NCBI GenBank assembly: GCA_003151985.1
Contig: PLZC01000183.1
Coordinates: 13,517-77,516, forward strand
DNA: 64,000 nucleotides
Reading direction: 5' to 3'
Origin: Acidobacteriaceae bacterium
Lineage (GTDB): Bacteria; Acidobacteriota; Terriglobia; Terriglobales; Acidobacteriaceae
Shown here: one piece after another, positions 50,140-59,965 of the stretch
Layout of the letters: each line of letters starts with the position of its first letter
Position numbering within the stretch: position 1 is the stretch's first letter
Made by a program: the position numbers and the translations under genes
Notes under the pieces: generated by a model
The model's database searches: none
Seen by the model: the letters and a program-made list of their open reading frames with translations, nothing else
What the model was told of the DNA's origin: nothing

Positions 50140-53100
50140 TCAGCTCCCCGTCAAAAACCGCGCCGCGTTGAAGATAAATCGCTCGTAGAGCAGGGGTTGC
50201 ATGCCGCGAACGGCCTGGAAGAGAATCGTTCCCTTGCCCAATCGCGAAGTGAAGGTCGCCGCTCCCAGGTTCGCATCGTGATCGCGCCCATATCCCGCTA
50301 TAACCTCCACTCCCGGTCCATCGACCATCAGCCCTGATGCGTCTTCGTAAGCAACCTGGTACTCCCACTTCATCACCTGGTTCGTAGGGAGGCCTGCATA
50401 CGCCGGGTGTTGTTTCACAAAAACCCACGTACCCATCCAGCATCCCCGGCTCTCCCCAACCATCCCCGTATACTTGAAAGCTCCGGTCTCCGACAAAAGC
50501 CTTCCGGCACTATCCGCGCCGGCTGCATTCTGGGCCAGCACAAGCAAAGGCATGCCAGCCTTCACTGCGGCGAGTAACTCCCTGGAATGTTCCGGCTGCT
50601 CCACTTTGTGAGCATCCTTCTCATCGCTCAGCAGAATAGCCATGTCATAAGTGGCCTCTGGCCGATACTTCTCCGCTCCCAGGGAGCCATGTGGAACGAA
50701 GCCGGCAAAGATCTTTCCGTCTCCAATAACTCCCACGCGCAAAGATCTGGTAAGTTGCGGAGAAGGATTGACCACAAAAATTCTTGTGCTTCCTTCAGCC
50801 GCCTTACTCCCGTCAAGGCGAAGCCCCAGCGTATAGTAGCCCTCAACCGCAAGAACCGGACTCGGAACCGCCTCGGCAACCGAATAGGCAAACTGATTCG
50901 TAGCGAACGGCGGCGCCGTATAACTCTGCAATGCCGTCGTCTTTCCATCGGGACCTGTAATCGAGAGCTTCAACGTGCCGGACACGGCATTGTTGGTCTC
51001 GTTCAACAGAAACAGGTCGAGCGATACCGAGCTGCCCGCCTTTTGCACAACACCGCGCGGCTGCACCAGGGGTTTCAGCGGTTCCAGCGCACTCCGAATC
51101 AACGCCGGATCGCCCTTGAAGTTCCGCTGATTGTCCACCAGCCCGCTGTGGCTGTCGATAGGTTGATCCTCCCACCCGTTGATCACCAGAAAGTCGCTCG
51201 CGTCGTCGATGCGGATCACTTGCAGAATGCGTCCCCACGTCTCATATAACTTGCTTCCCGCATCGGTAAACAGATCCGACGCCGTGGGATACACCGGCCG
51301 AAACTTCCACTTATCGAGGAACTGGTTATATGCAGCGAGAATGCGCTCATGATCTTCGATATCGTAACTATGTCCGCCGCCTTCCCGGATCGAGTTAAGC
51401 GTAAGCGCATGATTGTCCGGCGCGCCCCATCCCAGCATCTCGCCTTGCATGCTTATCTCGCGCCGGTTGCCGGTGCGCTGCGTAAAATTCCGTGGATCGG
51501 TGTAGAGGCTATCCTGCCAAACGCCTGTGCCGCCCACCGTATGCGTATCGGACCAACCCGAGTAGCCGCTTCCATCTTCCACTTGTATCTTGTCGTTGTA
51601 GGGTAAATAAAAAGCCTGGTTTCTAGGATCGATCCCGGAATGGAGAACAATTGTCCGGCTCGGGTCCGCCTTGTGCATTTCATTCAGAAGCCTGAATATG
51701 CGGGGGTTGTGTAAGTCAGGACATCTCTCGTTTTGAAGGTCGTAAACCACCAGGCAAGGATGGCTGCGGTGATCGCGCATCATCCGCAGAACGCGAAACT
51801 CCGAATACCGCTGGCTCCAGCTTAAAGCCTCTCCACCATTGCCCGAAGTGTCGATAGGATGCTGCGTGGCCGGAGCCTCGTCGAGGAAAAATCGCTCACT
51901 CTCATCCTGAAACGAAAGAACTCCTCCTCCCGGCTCCATGTAACGCAGTAAGCCCAACCTGTCATCCTGTTCTAACTCTTCATGCTTGCCAAGGTTGCGA
52001 TGGTATTGCAGTGCATTCAGTCCCAGCGACTTCGCGGCCCAATCTGACTTGGCGGCCAGTGCCGGGGTTGGCCACAGGCCGTTGAATCCCCAATAACCGA
52101 ATTCAATCGCCGAGTAAACTCGAATGCGCTTCCCATTTAAAGTCAAAATTGCATCGGTTCCAATGCCGCGCGGCTCGAACCAGCGAAAGCCGAAGGTCTG
52201 TTCCCTTTCATCCTTCGACGGCGCGCCCGGCCCGGTCGCGAGTAACTCCGCCTTCAATTTATAGAGCGAGGGGCTTTGCGGAGACCACAGCTTTGCTTGG
52301 GGATAACTCAACATTGCATGCAAAGTCGCGCTGGACTTAGCCGCGATATTCGCTTCAACCACCTTCGTGGCAAGAACCTCCGGTCCTTCCGCAGCAAGAA
52401 CCGAAAAGCGAATACGAGCCTGCACGCTCTGGGCGTCAGTATTCCGAACCTCCGCCCAGGCATCGACCTGTGTGGCCTGCGACATATTCAGCACCCAGAC
52501 ATTGTCTATAAATACGCTGTCATGCACATGCAGTGATATCCCGCGATCCAGGCCGCCAAACCCGCGGCCGGAGTGAAATTCATGAGCGCCCCATTTTAGT
52601 TTCAAATAATCGCGCCAGTCATAAACCCCGCCGGGATTGGTCACGCGAATAGCCAATGTATTGGTTCCGGTGCGGAGTGGACGGGTTATATCGCAGTGAT
52701 AAGAAGTCTCGGCAATCATGTCGTACCCGGCCAGTTGCCGGTTGACAAAAACCTCTATCCGCTGACGAAACCCGCGAATATGAAGAGTTACCTGCTTCGC
52801 GTTCCACGAGGCAGGGGCCTCGAACCTCCGCCAGAACCACGACACGCCGCGATAAGCGCCGTTGCGCACTTGGGAGTCGTTATCAGCGTATTCGTACTCC
52901 CCTGTCGTATAAGGACGCGACCCAAGCTTGCCCCAATAGTACTGTTCCACGGATGCTGGCAACGCGACTGCCGTGCCCTGTTGCTCGTTCAGCACCGCCC
53001 ATCCGCCCGTGGGAGCGCGAACCGCGAGGCTGGCAACATCCACTTCATCGGGAAGAAACAGCGCGTCGTCCTTCCACGCGGCCTCCGTATCCGGCCACAA

Positions 53101-53244
53101 GCGCCAGCCGTCATCGGGAATCGGAACAGTTGACGCCGGCGTAGCTTCGCTGAATAGCGGCTCGACAGGAAAAGCCGCTGCAGCCGCCAGGGCAGACGTA
53201 TATTGGACGAAGCGGCGGCGAGTCACGCGACGATCGAACTTCAT
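50140..53244 (-). CDS. Atypical large GH2-family glycoside hydrolase, Tat-exported
   Basis: TRRRFV Tat motif; GVSWFWR, KLWSPQSPSLY, FGFRWF, RDHRSHPCLVVYDLQNE. Confidence 0.82.
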   Translation of the reverse strand: MKFDRRVTRRRFVQYTSALAAAAAFPVEPLFSEATPASTVPIPDDGWRLWPDTEAAWKDDALFLPDEVDVASLAVRAPTGGWAVLNEQQGTAVALPASVEQYYWGKLGSRPYTTGEYEYADNDSQVRNGAYRGVSWFWRRFEAPASWNAKQVTLHIRGFRQRIEVFVNRQLAGYDMIAETSYHCDITRPLRTGTNTLAIRVTNPGGVYDWRDYLKLKWGAHEFHSGRGFGGLDRGISLHVHDSVFIDNVWVLNMSQATQVDAWAEVRNTDAQSVQARIRFSVLAAEGPEVLATKVVEANIAAKSSATLHAMLSYPQAKLWSPQSPSLYKLKAELLATGPGAPSKDEREQTFGFRWFEPRGIGTDAILTLNGKRIRVYSAIEFGYWGFNGLWPTPALAAKSDWAAKSLGLNALQYHRNLGKHEELEQDDRLGLLRYMEPGGGVLSFQDESERFFLDEAPATQHPIDTSGNGGEALSWSQRYSEFRVLRMMRDHRSHPCLVVYDLQNERCPDLHNPRIFRLLNEMHKADPSRTIVLHSGIDPRNQAFYLPYNDKIQVEDGSGYSGWSDTHTVGGTGVWQDSLYTDPRNFTQRTGNRREISMQGEMLGWGAPDNHALTLNSIREGGGHSYDIEDHERILAAYNQFLDKWKFRPVYPTASDLFTDAGSKLYETWGRILQVIRIDDASDFLVINGWEDQPIDSHSGLVDNQRNFKGDPALIRSALEPLKPLVQPRGVVQKAGSSVSLDLFLLNETNNAVSGTLKLSITGPDGKTTALQSYTAPPFATNQFAYSVAEAVPSPVLAVEGYYTLGLRLDGSKAAEGSTRIFVVNPSPQLTRSLRVGVIGDGKIFAGFVPHGSLGAEKYRPEATYDMAILLSDEKDAHKVEQPEHSRELLAAVKAGMPLLVLAQNAAGADSAGRLLSETGAFKYTGMVGESRGCWMGTWVFVKQHPAYAGLPTNQVMKWEYQVAYEDASGLMVDGPGVEVIAGYGRDHDANLGAATFTSRLGKGTILFQAVRGMQPLLYERFIFNAARFLTGS

Positions 53245-53296
53245 TGAGTTACAACCTCGTTTCGGACGTGAAGTCCGCCACACAAATGGTCGTTTA

Positions 53297-53370
53297 TGTT
53301 TTGAAAGGGCACGACTTCAGTCGTGCCGTAAACAGCTCAAAATCGGGTGGGCTTTAGCCCCTGAGGGAAG
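53297..53370. repeat. REP-doublet element (copy C)
   Basis: TGTTTTGAAAG-GGCACGACT-TC-AGTCGTGCC ... GGGCTTTAGCCCCTGAGGGAA; near-identical core to 55632-55705. Confidence 0.85.
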
Positions 53371-53463
53371 CATCTTTTTCACGTTCAACCCATTGCTGGC
53401 ATCGGTAAACGATCCCATTTGCGGTGGCCGACACTGGCGCACACCGGCCACTAATCCTCCGCG

Positions 53464-54507
53464 TTAGTATTTCCCGTAGACTTTGGCGCACTCCACCAGT
53501 TTGTCGATGTTTTCTGGCGGTGTGGTTCCCGGCAACGCGCACCCGGGACCCAAAATAAATCCGCCTCCGGGCGCAAGCACTTCGATAGCCGCGCGGCAAG
53601 CCGCCTCAACCTCCTCGATCGTGCCATGATGCAACACTCCGCTGGGATCAATAGGCCCAAGCAGCGTCGTCTTGCCCGCGGTCGCCCTCTTGGCCACAGC
53701 CATGTTGCACTTGTAATCGAACTCCAACACCTTGGCCCCCGTCTGCACCATCCGGTCGATGATTCTCGATGTATTGCCGCAGGTATGATACGCAAGAAAG
53801 AAGTCGTCGCTTTGCAGTGCCTTCACAACCTTCTTGCCGTAAGGAAGGCAATACTTCTCATACATGGCCGGAGAAATCACGTCCGGAGAACACAATGCCT
53901 CGCCCACCGAAGTCCCGGGACAGCCCATCTCCTTGAATAGCTTTGCATAAAGAATATAAGCATCGCTCGTGTAGTCCAGCAGCTCGAAGATCTGGTCGTC
54001 GCATTCGCCCACAGCCATCTCTGTCAGCAGCGTCTGCGGCCCTGAAATCATCGAAGCCAGGTCGAATGGCCCCTGGTCGGCGCGTCCCATCACGCACACC
54101 TGATCGCCGATCTGGTCAAGCACGTACCGCGTCGCATCCATGGTGGCCCTGCACAACGGTGAGCCGAACGGGTCGGGTTTCCTGAGGCTGGCAACTTCAG
54201 AAAGGCTGCCGAGTAATGCCCGTTCTATCAGTGGTGCGCTACCCGGCAGGTAACTCACCTCGCAGCCGCAAGCTTCCGCCAGCGCCGCGGTTCCGTTCTC
54301 CACCAGCAGCATGTCGTGCCCAAACCTCTTCCACGCCGCCACCTGCGCCTCTCCCAGCAGTTGCCCGTCCTGATAGAGCTGTGCGGAGGGAAGCTTCACA
54401 TCCACAACCGTCATCATGAAGTTATGCAGGTCCACAGGAACACGATCATGAGGCTGCTGCCGAATGGTGGCAAGGCAGCGCTCCAGCGATGTCATTTCTT
54501 CTTGCAT
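53464..54507 (-). CDS. Uroporphyrinogen decarboxylase-fold protein, MtaA/CmuA (MT2) methyltransferase-like
   Basis: MTSLERC...DRVPV, AEACGC, GPFDLA, ISPAMYEKY, HTCG and GFILGPGCAL zinc-ligand motifs. Confidence 0.85.
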   Translation of the reverse strand: MQEEMTSLERCLATIRQQPHDRVPVDLHNFMMTVVDVKLPSAQLYQDGQLLGEAQVAAWKRFGHDMLLVENGTAALAEACGCEVSYLPGSAPLIERALLGSLSEVASLRKPDPFGSPLCRATMDATRYVLDQIGDQVCVMGRADQGPFDLASMISGPQTLLTEMAVGECDDQIFELLDYTSDAYILYAKLFKEMGCPGTSVGEALCSPDVISPAMYEKYCLPYGKKVVKALQSDDFFLAYHTCGNTSRIIDRMVQTGAKVLEFDYKCNMAVAKRATAGKTTLLGPIDPSGVLHHGTIEEVEAACRAAIEVLAPGGGFILGPGCALPGTTPPENIDKLVECAKVYGKY

Positions 54508-54636
54508 GGTTACGTCCCTTGCTTTCTCAGGAACTAGTTAGGTTACAAAAGACCTTCGGCAATATGCTGAAATGCAATCATGCCGCCTTTGGCAGGCGCC
54601 GATGGGCCGCGGAGGAAATAACTTGGATTGTCATTT

Positions 54637-55566
54637 TCAGGTGGCCGCCACTTCAAGGGCAGCCCGGTCCCATCCGGCACTGTTCGCAGCCGCTTCATAG
54701 GTGCTTTGAAGGAATTGCAGCAGGATCGCATCGGGATCTGCCGACTTGCGTATTTCCTCATAAGGCAACACGAATTCGCCAAGGTTCGAATCAAACGAGC
54801 CTTGGGCGGGCGCTATGGGATACTCCCTGTAACCGGGCGGATCCGGGTATGCGTAGCTGTAAAACATCGCCTCAATCCCCGGCGCTCCGGGCCAGAATCC
54901 GCAACTGCTCACTTCGTGCGAATAGGCGTCGCGCGTCACTCGATCGGGGAGGCCCGGCATGCTTGGGTGCTCCGGCGCCTTGCGGCCTGAGAAGCGCGTG
55001 CAAGCCAGATCGAGGGCTCCCCAAAACAGATGGATTGGACTTACTTTACCCCGGAAGCGGGCGCGAAAGATAGTGAATACCCGCGCAGTTTGCAGCACAA
55101 TCCGCCAGAAGCGCTGAGCAAACTCCGGGTCATAGCTACTGTGTGTAAAGTCCTCTTCGAAAGGGATGGGCTGCGCGATCTCAGCCGGCATGTGCCAGAT
55201 GCGGACCGGCATCCCGAGGCCGTCTAGTGCGGTCATCACTTGATGGTAGAACGATGCCACCGTCATCGGCTTGAGCGGAATGATCCTGTGCCCGCCTTGG
55301 CTAGCTTCGAACACGAGTATGTGTTCGACAAAATCAAAATCGATCTGCAGGACGAGCCGGCCATACGGCATGGGCGAAGTGGTAAATCCGCGAATCGCAG
55401 GGTAGAGCGTCACATTCCAGCTATGGTTAATCGGCGGCATAAGTGCCAGCCGTATCTTGCCAATAATCTGCATCCAGAGTTGAAGAGTAGCGCAGGTGTC
55501 ACTCCACGCGCTTTGGGGCAAGGCCGGCCAAGTGTCAGTCGGCGGGTCGGGTTCAATCTGCGGCAT
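54637..55566 (-). CDS. DUF5996 family protein
   Basis: TLQLWMQIIGKIRL, NHSWNVTLY, HLFWGALDLACTRFSGR, AYSHEVSSCGFWPG, FYSYAYP. Confidence 0.82.
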   Translation of the reverse strand: MPQIEPDPPTDTWPALPQSAWSDTCATLQLWMQIIGKIRLALMPPINHSWNVTLYPAIRGFTTSPMPYGRLVLQIDFDFVEHILVFEASQGGHRIIPLKPMTVASFYHQVMTALDGLGMPVRIWHMPAEIAQPIPFEEDFTHSSYDPEFAQRFWRIVLQTARVFTIFRARFRGKVSPIHLFWGALDLACTRFSGRKAPEHPSMPGLPDRVTRDAYSHEVSSCGFWPGAPGIEAMFYSYAYPDPPGYREYPIAPAQGSFDSNLGEFVLPYEEIRKSADPDAILLQFLQSTYEAAANSAGWDRAALEVAAT

Positions 55567-55608
55567 AACTCCTCACACCGACCATGATAGCGTGTCAAGT
55601 CAATTCCT

Positions 55609-55740
55609 GGGGAAATCTCTGAGCAAGTAAATGTTTTGAAAGGGCACGACTTTAGTCGTGCCGCAAATCGGGCAATGACCGTTGGCTTTAGCCTCTGAGG
55701 GAATGTTACGGGTGCAAATGAACCAATTCGGAGGTTATCT
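55609..55740. repeat. REP-doublet element with degenerate inverted ends (copy D)
   Basis: GGCACGACT-TT-AGTCGTGCC (55643-55662), GGCTTTAGCC (55684-55693), CTGAGGGAATG; left end GGGAAATCTCTGA matches the reverse complement of the copy A right end. Confidence 0.85.
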
Positions 55741-55755
55741 GGAGGTTTTTCGGTA

Positions 55756-56334
55756 TCAGTTCTCCGTAAGAGGTGTTGCGATCAGATCCTCAAGCATGTC
55801 CATCAGGCTATGCATCAGAAACTGATGCCCTTCCTGGATTCGCGCCGTATCTTGATGTCTTACCACCAGCGCATGATCGGCGAGGCCCAGCGCGGGGCCG
55901 CCATCTTTCCCCAGGAAAGCAATGGACTCTATTTTCATTTCACGCGCTGCCTGCAAAGCACGAATTACATTGGCAGACCGGCCGCTGGTGGTAAAAACGA
56001 TCAGCACATCTCCCTCGCGCCCCAGGCCTCGCACCTGCCGGGAAAATATCTCTTCATAGCTATAGTCGTTGCCAATGCAAGTTACCAACGCCGGGTCTGT
56101 CCCCAAAGTTATAGCCGCCAAAGGACGGCGCTCTTTCTTATACCGGCCCACCAGTTCACCAGTAAGGTGCATGGCCTCCGAAGCGCTGCCGCCGTTCCCG
56201 CAAATCAGCAGTTTGCCGCCGCCCCGCAGGCTGGCCGCGCAGCGCTCCACTGCGCGCAGCAATCCATCCTCTAACTGCCGCAGCGAATCCAGCATAGCTT
56301 GAGACTCTTCCAACGCATCAGTGAAATTACTCAT
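55756..56334 (-). CDS. GmhA-like SIS protein (sedoheptulose-7-phosphate isomerase family)
   Basis: ICGNGGSASEAMH, GELVGRY, IGNDYSYEEIFSRQ, TTSGRSANV, TARIQEGH; start at ATG 56334. Confidence 0.88.
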   Translation of the reverse strand: MSNFTDALEESQAMLDSLRQLEDGLLRAVERCAASLRGGGKLLICGNGGSASEAMHLTGELVGRYKKERRPLAAITLGTDPALVTCIGNDYSYEEIFSRQVRGLGREGDVLIVFTTSGRSANVIRALQAAREMKIESIAFLGKDGGPALGLADHALVVRHQDTARIQEGHQFLMHSLMDMLEDLIATPLTEN

Positions 56335-56348
56335 TCTGATATTCTCTC

Positions 56349-57338
56349 TCAATCGGCCGCAGTGCTCGCTCGTGTGTCGCCCATGGCCACGCAAAGCGCT
56401 GCTATATCGCCAATGCGCTCTCCCAGCATCGCGGGCACAACGCTGCACGCCGCAAGCGACGGCTGCAACGCTTCTTTGCGCAGCGATTCTCTGGCTGGCT
56501 TCAGCAGCAGATCGCCAAGGCGCATCGCAAGCCCACCGATCACAATCCGTTCCGGGTTCAATACATCCACCAATATTGCCAAAGCAAGTCCCAGCTTCCT
56601 GCCGCAGATGGTCACGATCCGCCGAGAAAGCGCATCTCCCTTTTCCGCAGCCAGCCCCACATCCTTTGCTGTTATCTCTTGCTCTTGCGGCAGTTCCAGC
56701 AGCAGTGTCTTGCGGCCATCCCTCCGTGCATCGTGCAGCACGCTTTTTGCGATCTGAGCTAATCCGCCCCCGCTCGCCCAACCCTCCACAGACCCTGCCT
56801 TGTAATAGCCCACCGGCCCCTTCTGAGTTAGCCTGACGTGCCCAACTTCGCCTGCCATGTCATTCGCTCCCCGGTAAAGCCTGTCGTGAATAATAATGCC
56901 TGCACCCAGGCCGGTTCCCATGGTCAGGAAGACCATGTGGTGCGTACCCTTCCCGGCCCCATAGCGATGCTCAGCCATCGCGCCTGCGTTGGCGTCATTC
57001 TCGAGTACCACCGGGCAGCCGAATTCCGTTGCCAGAATCTTCACAATCGGCACGTCGATCCATGTGGCCAGGTTGGGCGGCGCCTGGATTACACCGGTGT
57101 GAGAATCCAGCGGCCCCCCGCAACTCACGCCTATTCCCCGCAATGAAGCCGTGGTGCTCTTCAATTCGGAGAGCATCTTATGGAGCGCCGCTACGATCTG
57201 CTCGATCGCCACCTGAGGTCCTCGCCCGGGAAGCGTTGCGAATTCAATTCGCGACAGAACTTCCGGCGGGTTACGGGATAACACAACCGCTGTCTTCGTC
57301 CCCCCAATATCCACGCCGGCCCAGATATCTCGTTGCAC
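56349..57338 (-). CDS. ROK family sugar kinase (lacking the CxCGxxGC motif)
   Basis: GVDIGGTKT, GVSCGGPLD, ENDANAGAMAE, GEVGH, GPVGYYKAGSVEG in place of the Cys motif. Confidence 0.9.
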   Translation of the reverse strand: MQRDIWAGVDIGGTKTAVVLSRNPPEVLSRIEFATLPGRGPQVAIEQIVAALHKMLSELKSTTASLRGIGVSCGGPLDSHTGVIQAPPNLATWIDVPIVKILATEFGCPVVLENDANAGAMAEHRYGAGKGTHHMVFLTMGTGLGAGIIIHDRLYRGANDMAGEVGHVRLTQKGPVGYYKAGSVEGWASGGGLAQIAKSVLHDARRDGRKTLLLELPQEQEITAKDVGLAAEKGDALSRRIVTICGRKLGLALAILVDVLNPERIVIGGLAMRLGDLLLKPARESLRKEALQPSLAACSVVPAMLGERIGDIAALCVAMGDTRASTAAD

Positions 57339-57368
57339 AATTCGCTTCCCTTCTCAATAACTCCTCTG

Positions 57369-59861
57369 TCAGGATGGCAGCAGGCCCGGCACCTTCATCC
57401 ACTCTTTGTATTGCTCGTAGCTGACAGTCGTAGATGTCGCCAGATAGTGACTGCCAAGTGGACCTATTCCTTCCGTCATCCACTTCAATTGCCACATCTC
57501 GGTCTTTGCTGGATGCGGCAGGGTCCCGACGGCCGCCTTGCCATTGGGCTGGACATCGAAAGCGGTATCAATAAGTTTCGCCGAGTCTCCCACCCGAGTA
57601 ACTTCCAGGTGGCCTCGAACCTGCTTCCGTGTGTCATTGACTACAACAACACCGTGCTCTCCCTCCGCCTCTTCGCAACAGAGCGCCTGCACGTCCCGCT
57701 GCACACTCTTGATGTAATGAAATGCAAGTTTCCTGGTGTTGTAGTAGTCCACTACGGCGTCAGAAACGATCGGCCATCCATCGCGGATGTTCCACCATAG
57801 GATGCCTTGCTTCGTCCCCTTTTGCTGACGAAACAGCTCGACGAAGAACTTCATTGCTTCGCCCTGAGTTATCTGCGAAGCCAGGATGAACTCATCCAAG
57901 TCATCGGGACACGCACCAAAGAATGCCTTGATCTGATTAATCATCAGGTCGTTTCTTCCCACAGTGTTCTTGTCATCCGGGCTGAAGCGGACCGACTTGG
58001 TGAGCCACTGATCGTTCCACTCGTGACCCTTGATCCATGGCTTCAGATACTCCGGATCGAACATCCGCTCAAGCGATGCCCTGGACGGGCAACCGTGATA
58101 TCCGATCTCGCTGGCAAAATGTGCAGGCGATGCCGTGTAGAACGGCGCCTTGAAATATCCCCGCGGTCCCCAAAGGTGAACTTCAGGCATCGAGTCCGTT
58201 TTGTTTCCCGCCGCAAACACGGCCGGGCTGTGATACGGCGAGCTTGGCAAGTATGCGCGATGCGGATCCAGGGCCTTTAAGACAGCGGGAATTACTTCGC
58301 GCGTACTCAGGTCTCCATTCGGATCGACTGGAGCCTTCCCGGCATCCTTGCCCCAATCGAAAGCATCGTCGCACTCGTTGTTGCCCGACCACAAGGCGAG
58401 GGAAGCATGATTGCGCAGCCGCGGAACAATCGCTTTAGCTTCCGCGTCAATTGCAGCAAGAAAGTCCTTGTTCTTCGGGTATACGGCGCACGCCATGGCA
58501 AAGTCCTGCCACACCATGATGCCCGCCTCGTCGCATAAGTCGAAGAAGCGATCGTCCGGGTACACGTTCCCGCCCCAGCAGCGAGCCATGTTACAGTTTG
58601 CTTCCGCCATCAATGCGACTGTCCCATCTACATGCTGCGTATCGCGGCTGTGCAGGGCATCGAGACAGCTATAATCCGTGCCTTTGATAAACACAGGCAC
58701 TCCGTTGACTACGAAGCCGAACTTGCCCTGTTTATCCTGCGTAAGGATATCTGTCCTGTCTAACTCGATCGTGCGAATCCCAATACGAGTTACATGCCGG
58801 TCGACGATTGCGCCCGCGCGATTCCGCAACGTAACCACGGCATCGTAAAGCGGCTGCTCGCCGTAACCGCGAGGCCACCAGAGATCAACGTTTTCGAGCG
58901 CGCAATCTTGTCGGCCCTGCGGCGACAGCGCGGCAGTGTCAGAGTGAAATACCGTGCGGCCATTGCGGCGCAGCGCAACTTCCACGCGGCATTTACCTGC
59001 GTCCGCGGCGGTGCCGGCAATCTCCCAATTCACGCTTGCAGCAGCCCGCTTGTGTTCAACATCAGTGGTGCGCGTGAACCAATACACGCTCGACAGACGC
59101 GTCGGCCGTGTCCATTCCACGCGAACATCTTTCCATAGGCCCGCGCTCACAATGCGGGGCATAATGTCCCACCCATACATGTGCGGAGCCTTGCGGATAC
59201 TCAGCGACTCCCAGTGACCTTCCTGCGCCCATTCCCAATCCGTGTGGCCTGCGGCTCGCCCCGCCGGCGCCGCCGGATCGATTCGGACCACAAGCTCGTT
59301 GGCGCCTTTTGGCAATAACAGTGAAGTTATCTCAAAACGATGGGGAATCAACATATTTGCCGCATGCCCCACGAGCTTGCCGTTCAGCCAGATTGTCGCA
59401 ATGCAGTCGAGGCCGTCGAACACCAATTCTGCCTTCTCGCCAGATTCACCGGGACCCGCCTCAAAGCTGCGCCGATACCACCACTGATGCGATTCCAGGC
59501 CCAAAGCCTGGTACACACGATTGCCTCTTTCCAGCGGCTCCAGGCGGCCCGCGGCAACCATGTCTAACTCGACGTTTCCGGGGACGGCGGCGGCAATGGT
59601 CGCCCAGTCCGTGGGAGGCGATGTTTGTGGCAGATTTTTTGGAGCGTCAGGACAAGGTCCGTAAGTCAACTTCCAGGTTCCATTCAGATTCACGCTGCGG
59701 CTCGGGTGAGGCAGCGCGCCTGCATCGTTGCTGCTCACTGGAACGTCGGCATGAGCAAATGGGTTGCGCGCGCAGAGGGATGTGAACCAGTAGAGGCCCG
59801 GCAACTTGAGAATGTTGCGGCGTGTAAACGATCCTTCCGATCTACCGTCGGTGGGGCCCAT
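57369..59861 (-). CDS. GH2 beta-mannosidase-like enzyme, Tat-exported
   Basis: TRRNIL Tat motif; IRKAPHMYGWDIMPR, LWWPRGYGEQPLY, RCWGGNVY, VWQDF, WSGNNE, FASEIGY. Confidence 0.9.
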   Translation of the reverse strand: MGPTDGRSEGSFTRRNILKLPGLYWFTSLCARNPFAHADVPVSSNDAGALPHPSRSVNLNGTWKLTYGPCPDAPKNLPQTSPPTDWATIAAAVPGNVELDMVAAGRLEPLERGNRVYQALGLESHQWWYRRSFEAGPGESGEKAELVFDGLDCIATIWLNGKLVGHAANMLIPHRFEITSLLLPKGANELVVRIDPAAPAGRAAGHTDWEWAQEGHWESLSIRKAPHMYGWDIMPRIVSAGLWKDVRVEWTRPTRLSSVYWFTRTTDVEHKRAAASVNWEIAGTAADAGKCRVEVALRRNGRTVFHSDTAALSPQGRQDCALENVDLWWPRGYGEQPLYDAVVTLRNRAGAIVDRHVTRIGIRTIELDRTDILTQDKQGKFGFVVNGVPVFIKGTDYSCLDALHSRDTQHVDGTVALMAEANCNMARCWGGNVYPDDRFFDLCDEAGIMVWQDFAMACAVYPKNKDFLAAIDAEAKAIVPRLRNHASLALWSGNNECDDAFDWGKDAGKAPVDPNGDLSTREVIPAVLKALDPHRAYLPSSPYHSPAVFAAGNKTDSMPEVHLWGPRGYFKAPFYTASPAHFASEIGYHGCPSRASLERMFDPEYLKPWIKGHEWNDQWLTKSVRFSPDDKNTVGRNDLMINQIKAFFGACPDDLDEFILASQITQGEAMKFFVELFRQQKGTKQGILWWNIRDGWPIVSDAVVDYYNTRKLAFHYIKSVQRDVQALCCEEAEGEHGVVVVNDTRKQVRGHLEVTRVGDSAKLIDTAFDVQPNGKAAVGTLPHPAKTEMWQLKWMTEGIGPLGSHYLATSTTVSYEQYKEWMKVPGLLPS

Positions 59862-59965
59862 GAACTTCCCTTTCTTGCTGCATCTTCATCATTCGCTCTA
59901 CTATGCCGCGTCGGAATCCTGCCCGAACAATAGAACGGCCGCGTTGTCATTTGTGAATCGAGTTG

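Noticed and set aside
50033-50443. N-terminal extension of the PAS-GGDEF-EAL ORF overlapping the GH2 gene
   Set aside because: The sequence is not domain-like; the first PAS domain and a plausible RBS start at about 50032
53464-54507. Annotation as heme-pathway hemE
   Set aside because: It lacks the N-terminal MRQAGR motif of HemE and has MT2-type zinc ligands instead
55756-56334. LPS heptose biosynthesis locus
   Set aside because: No hldE, gmhB, hldD or heptosyltransferase is nearby, and the context is catabolic
56335-56781. Apparent long N-terminal extension or fusion on the GmhA-like ORF (likewise for the btuD, btuF, cobC, lutB, lutC and FG-GAP ORFs)
   Set aside because: These are alternative-frame run-ons into the upstream gene; true starts coincide with stop/start overlaps or RBSs and family N-termini
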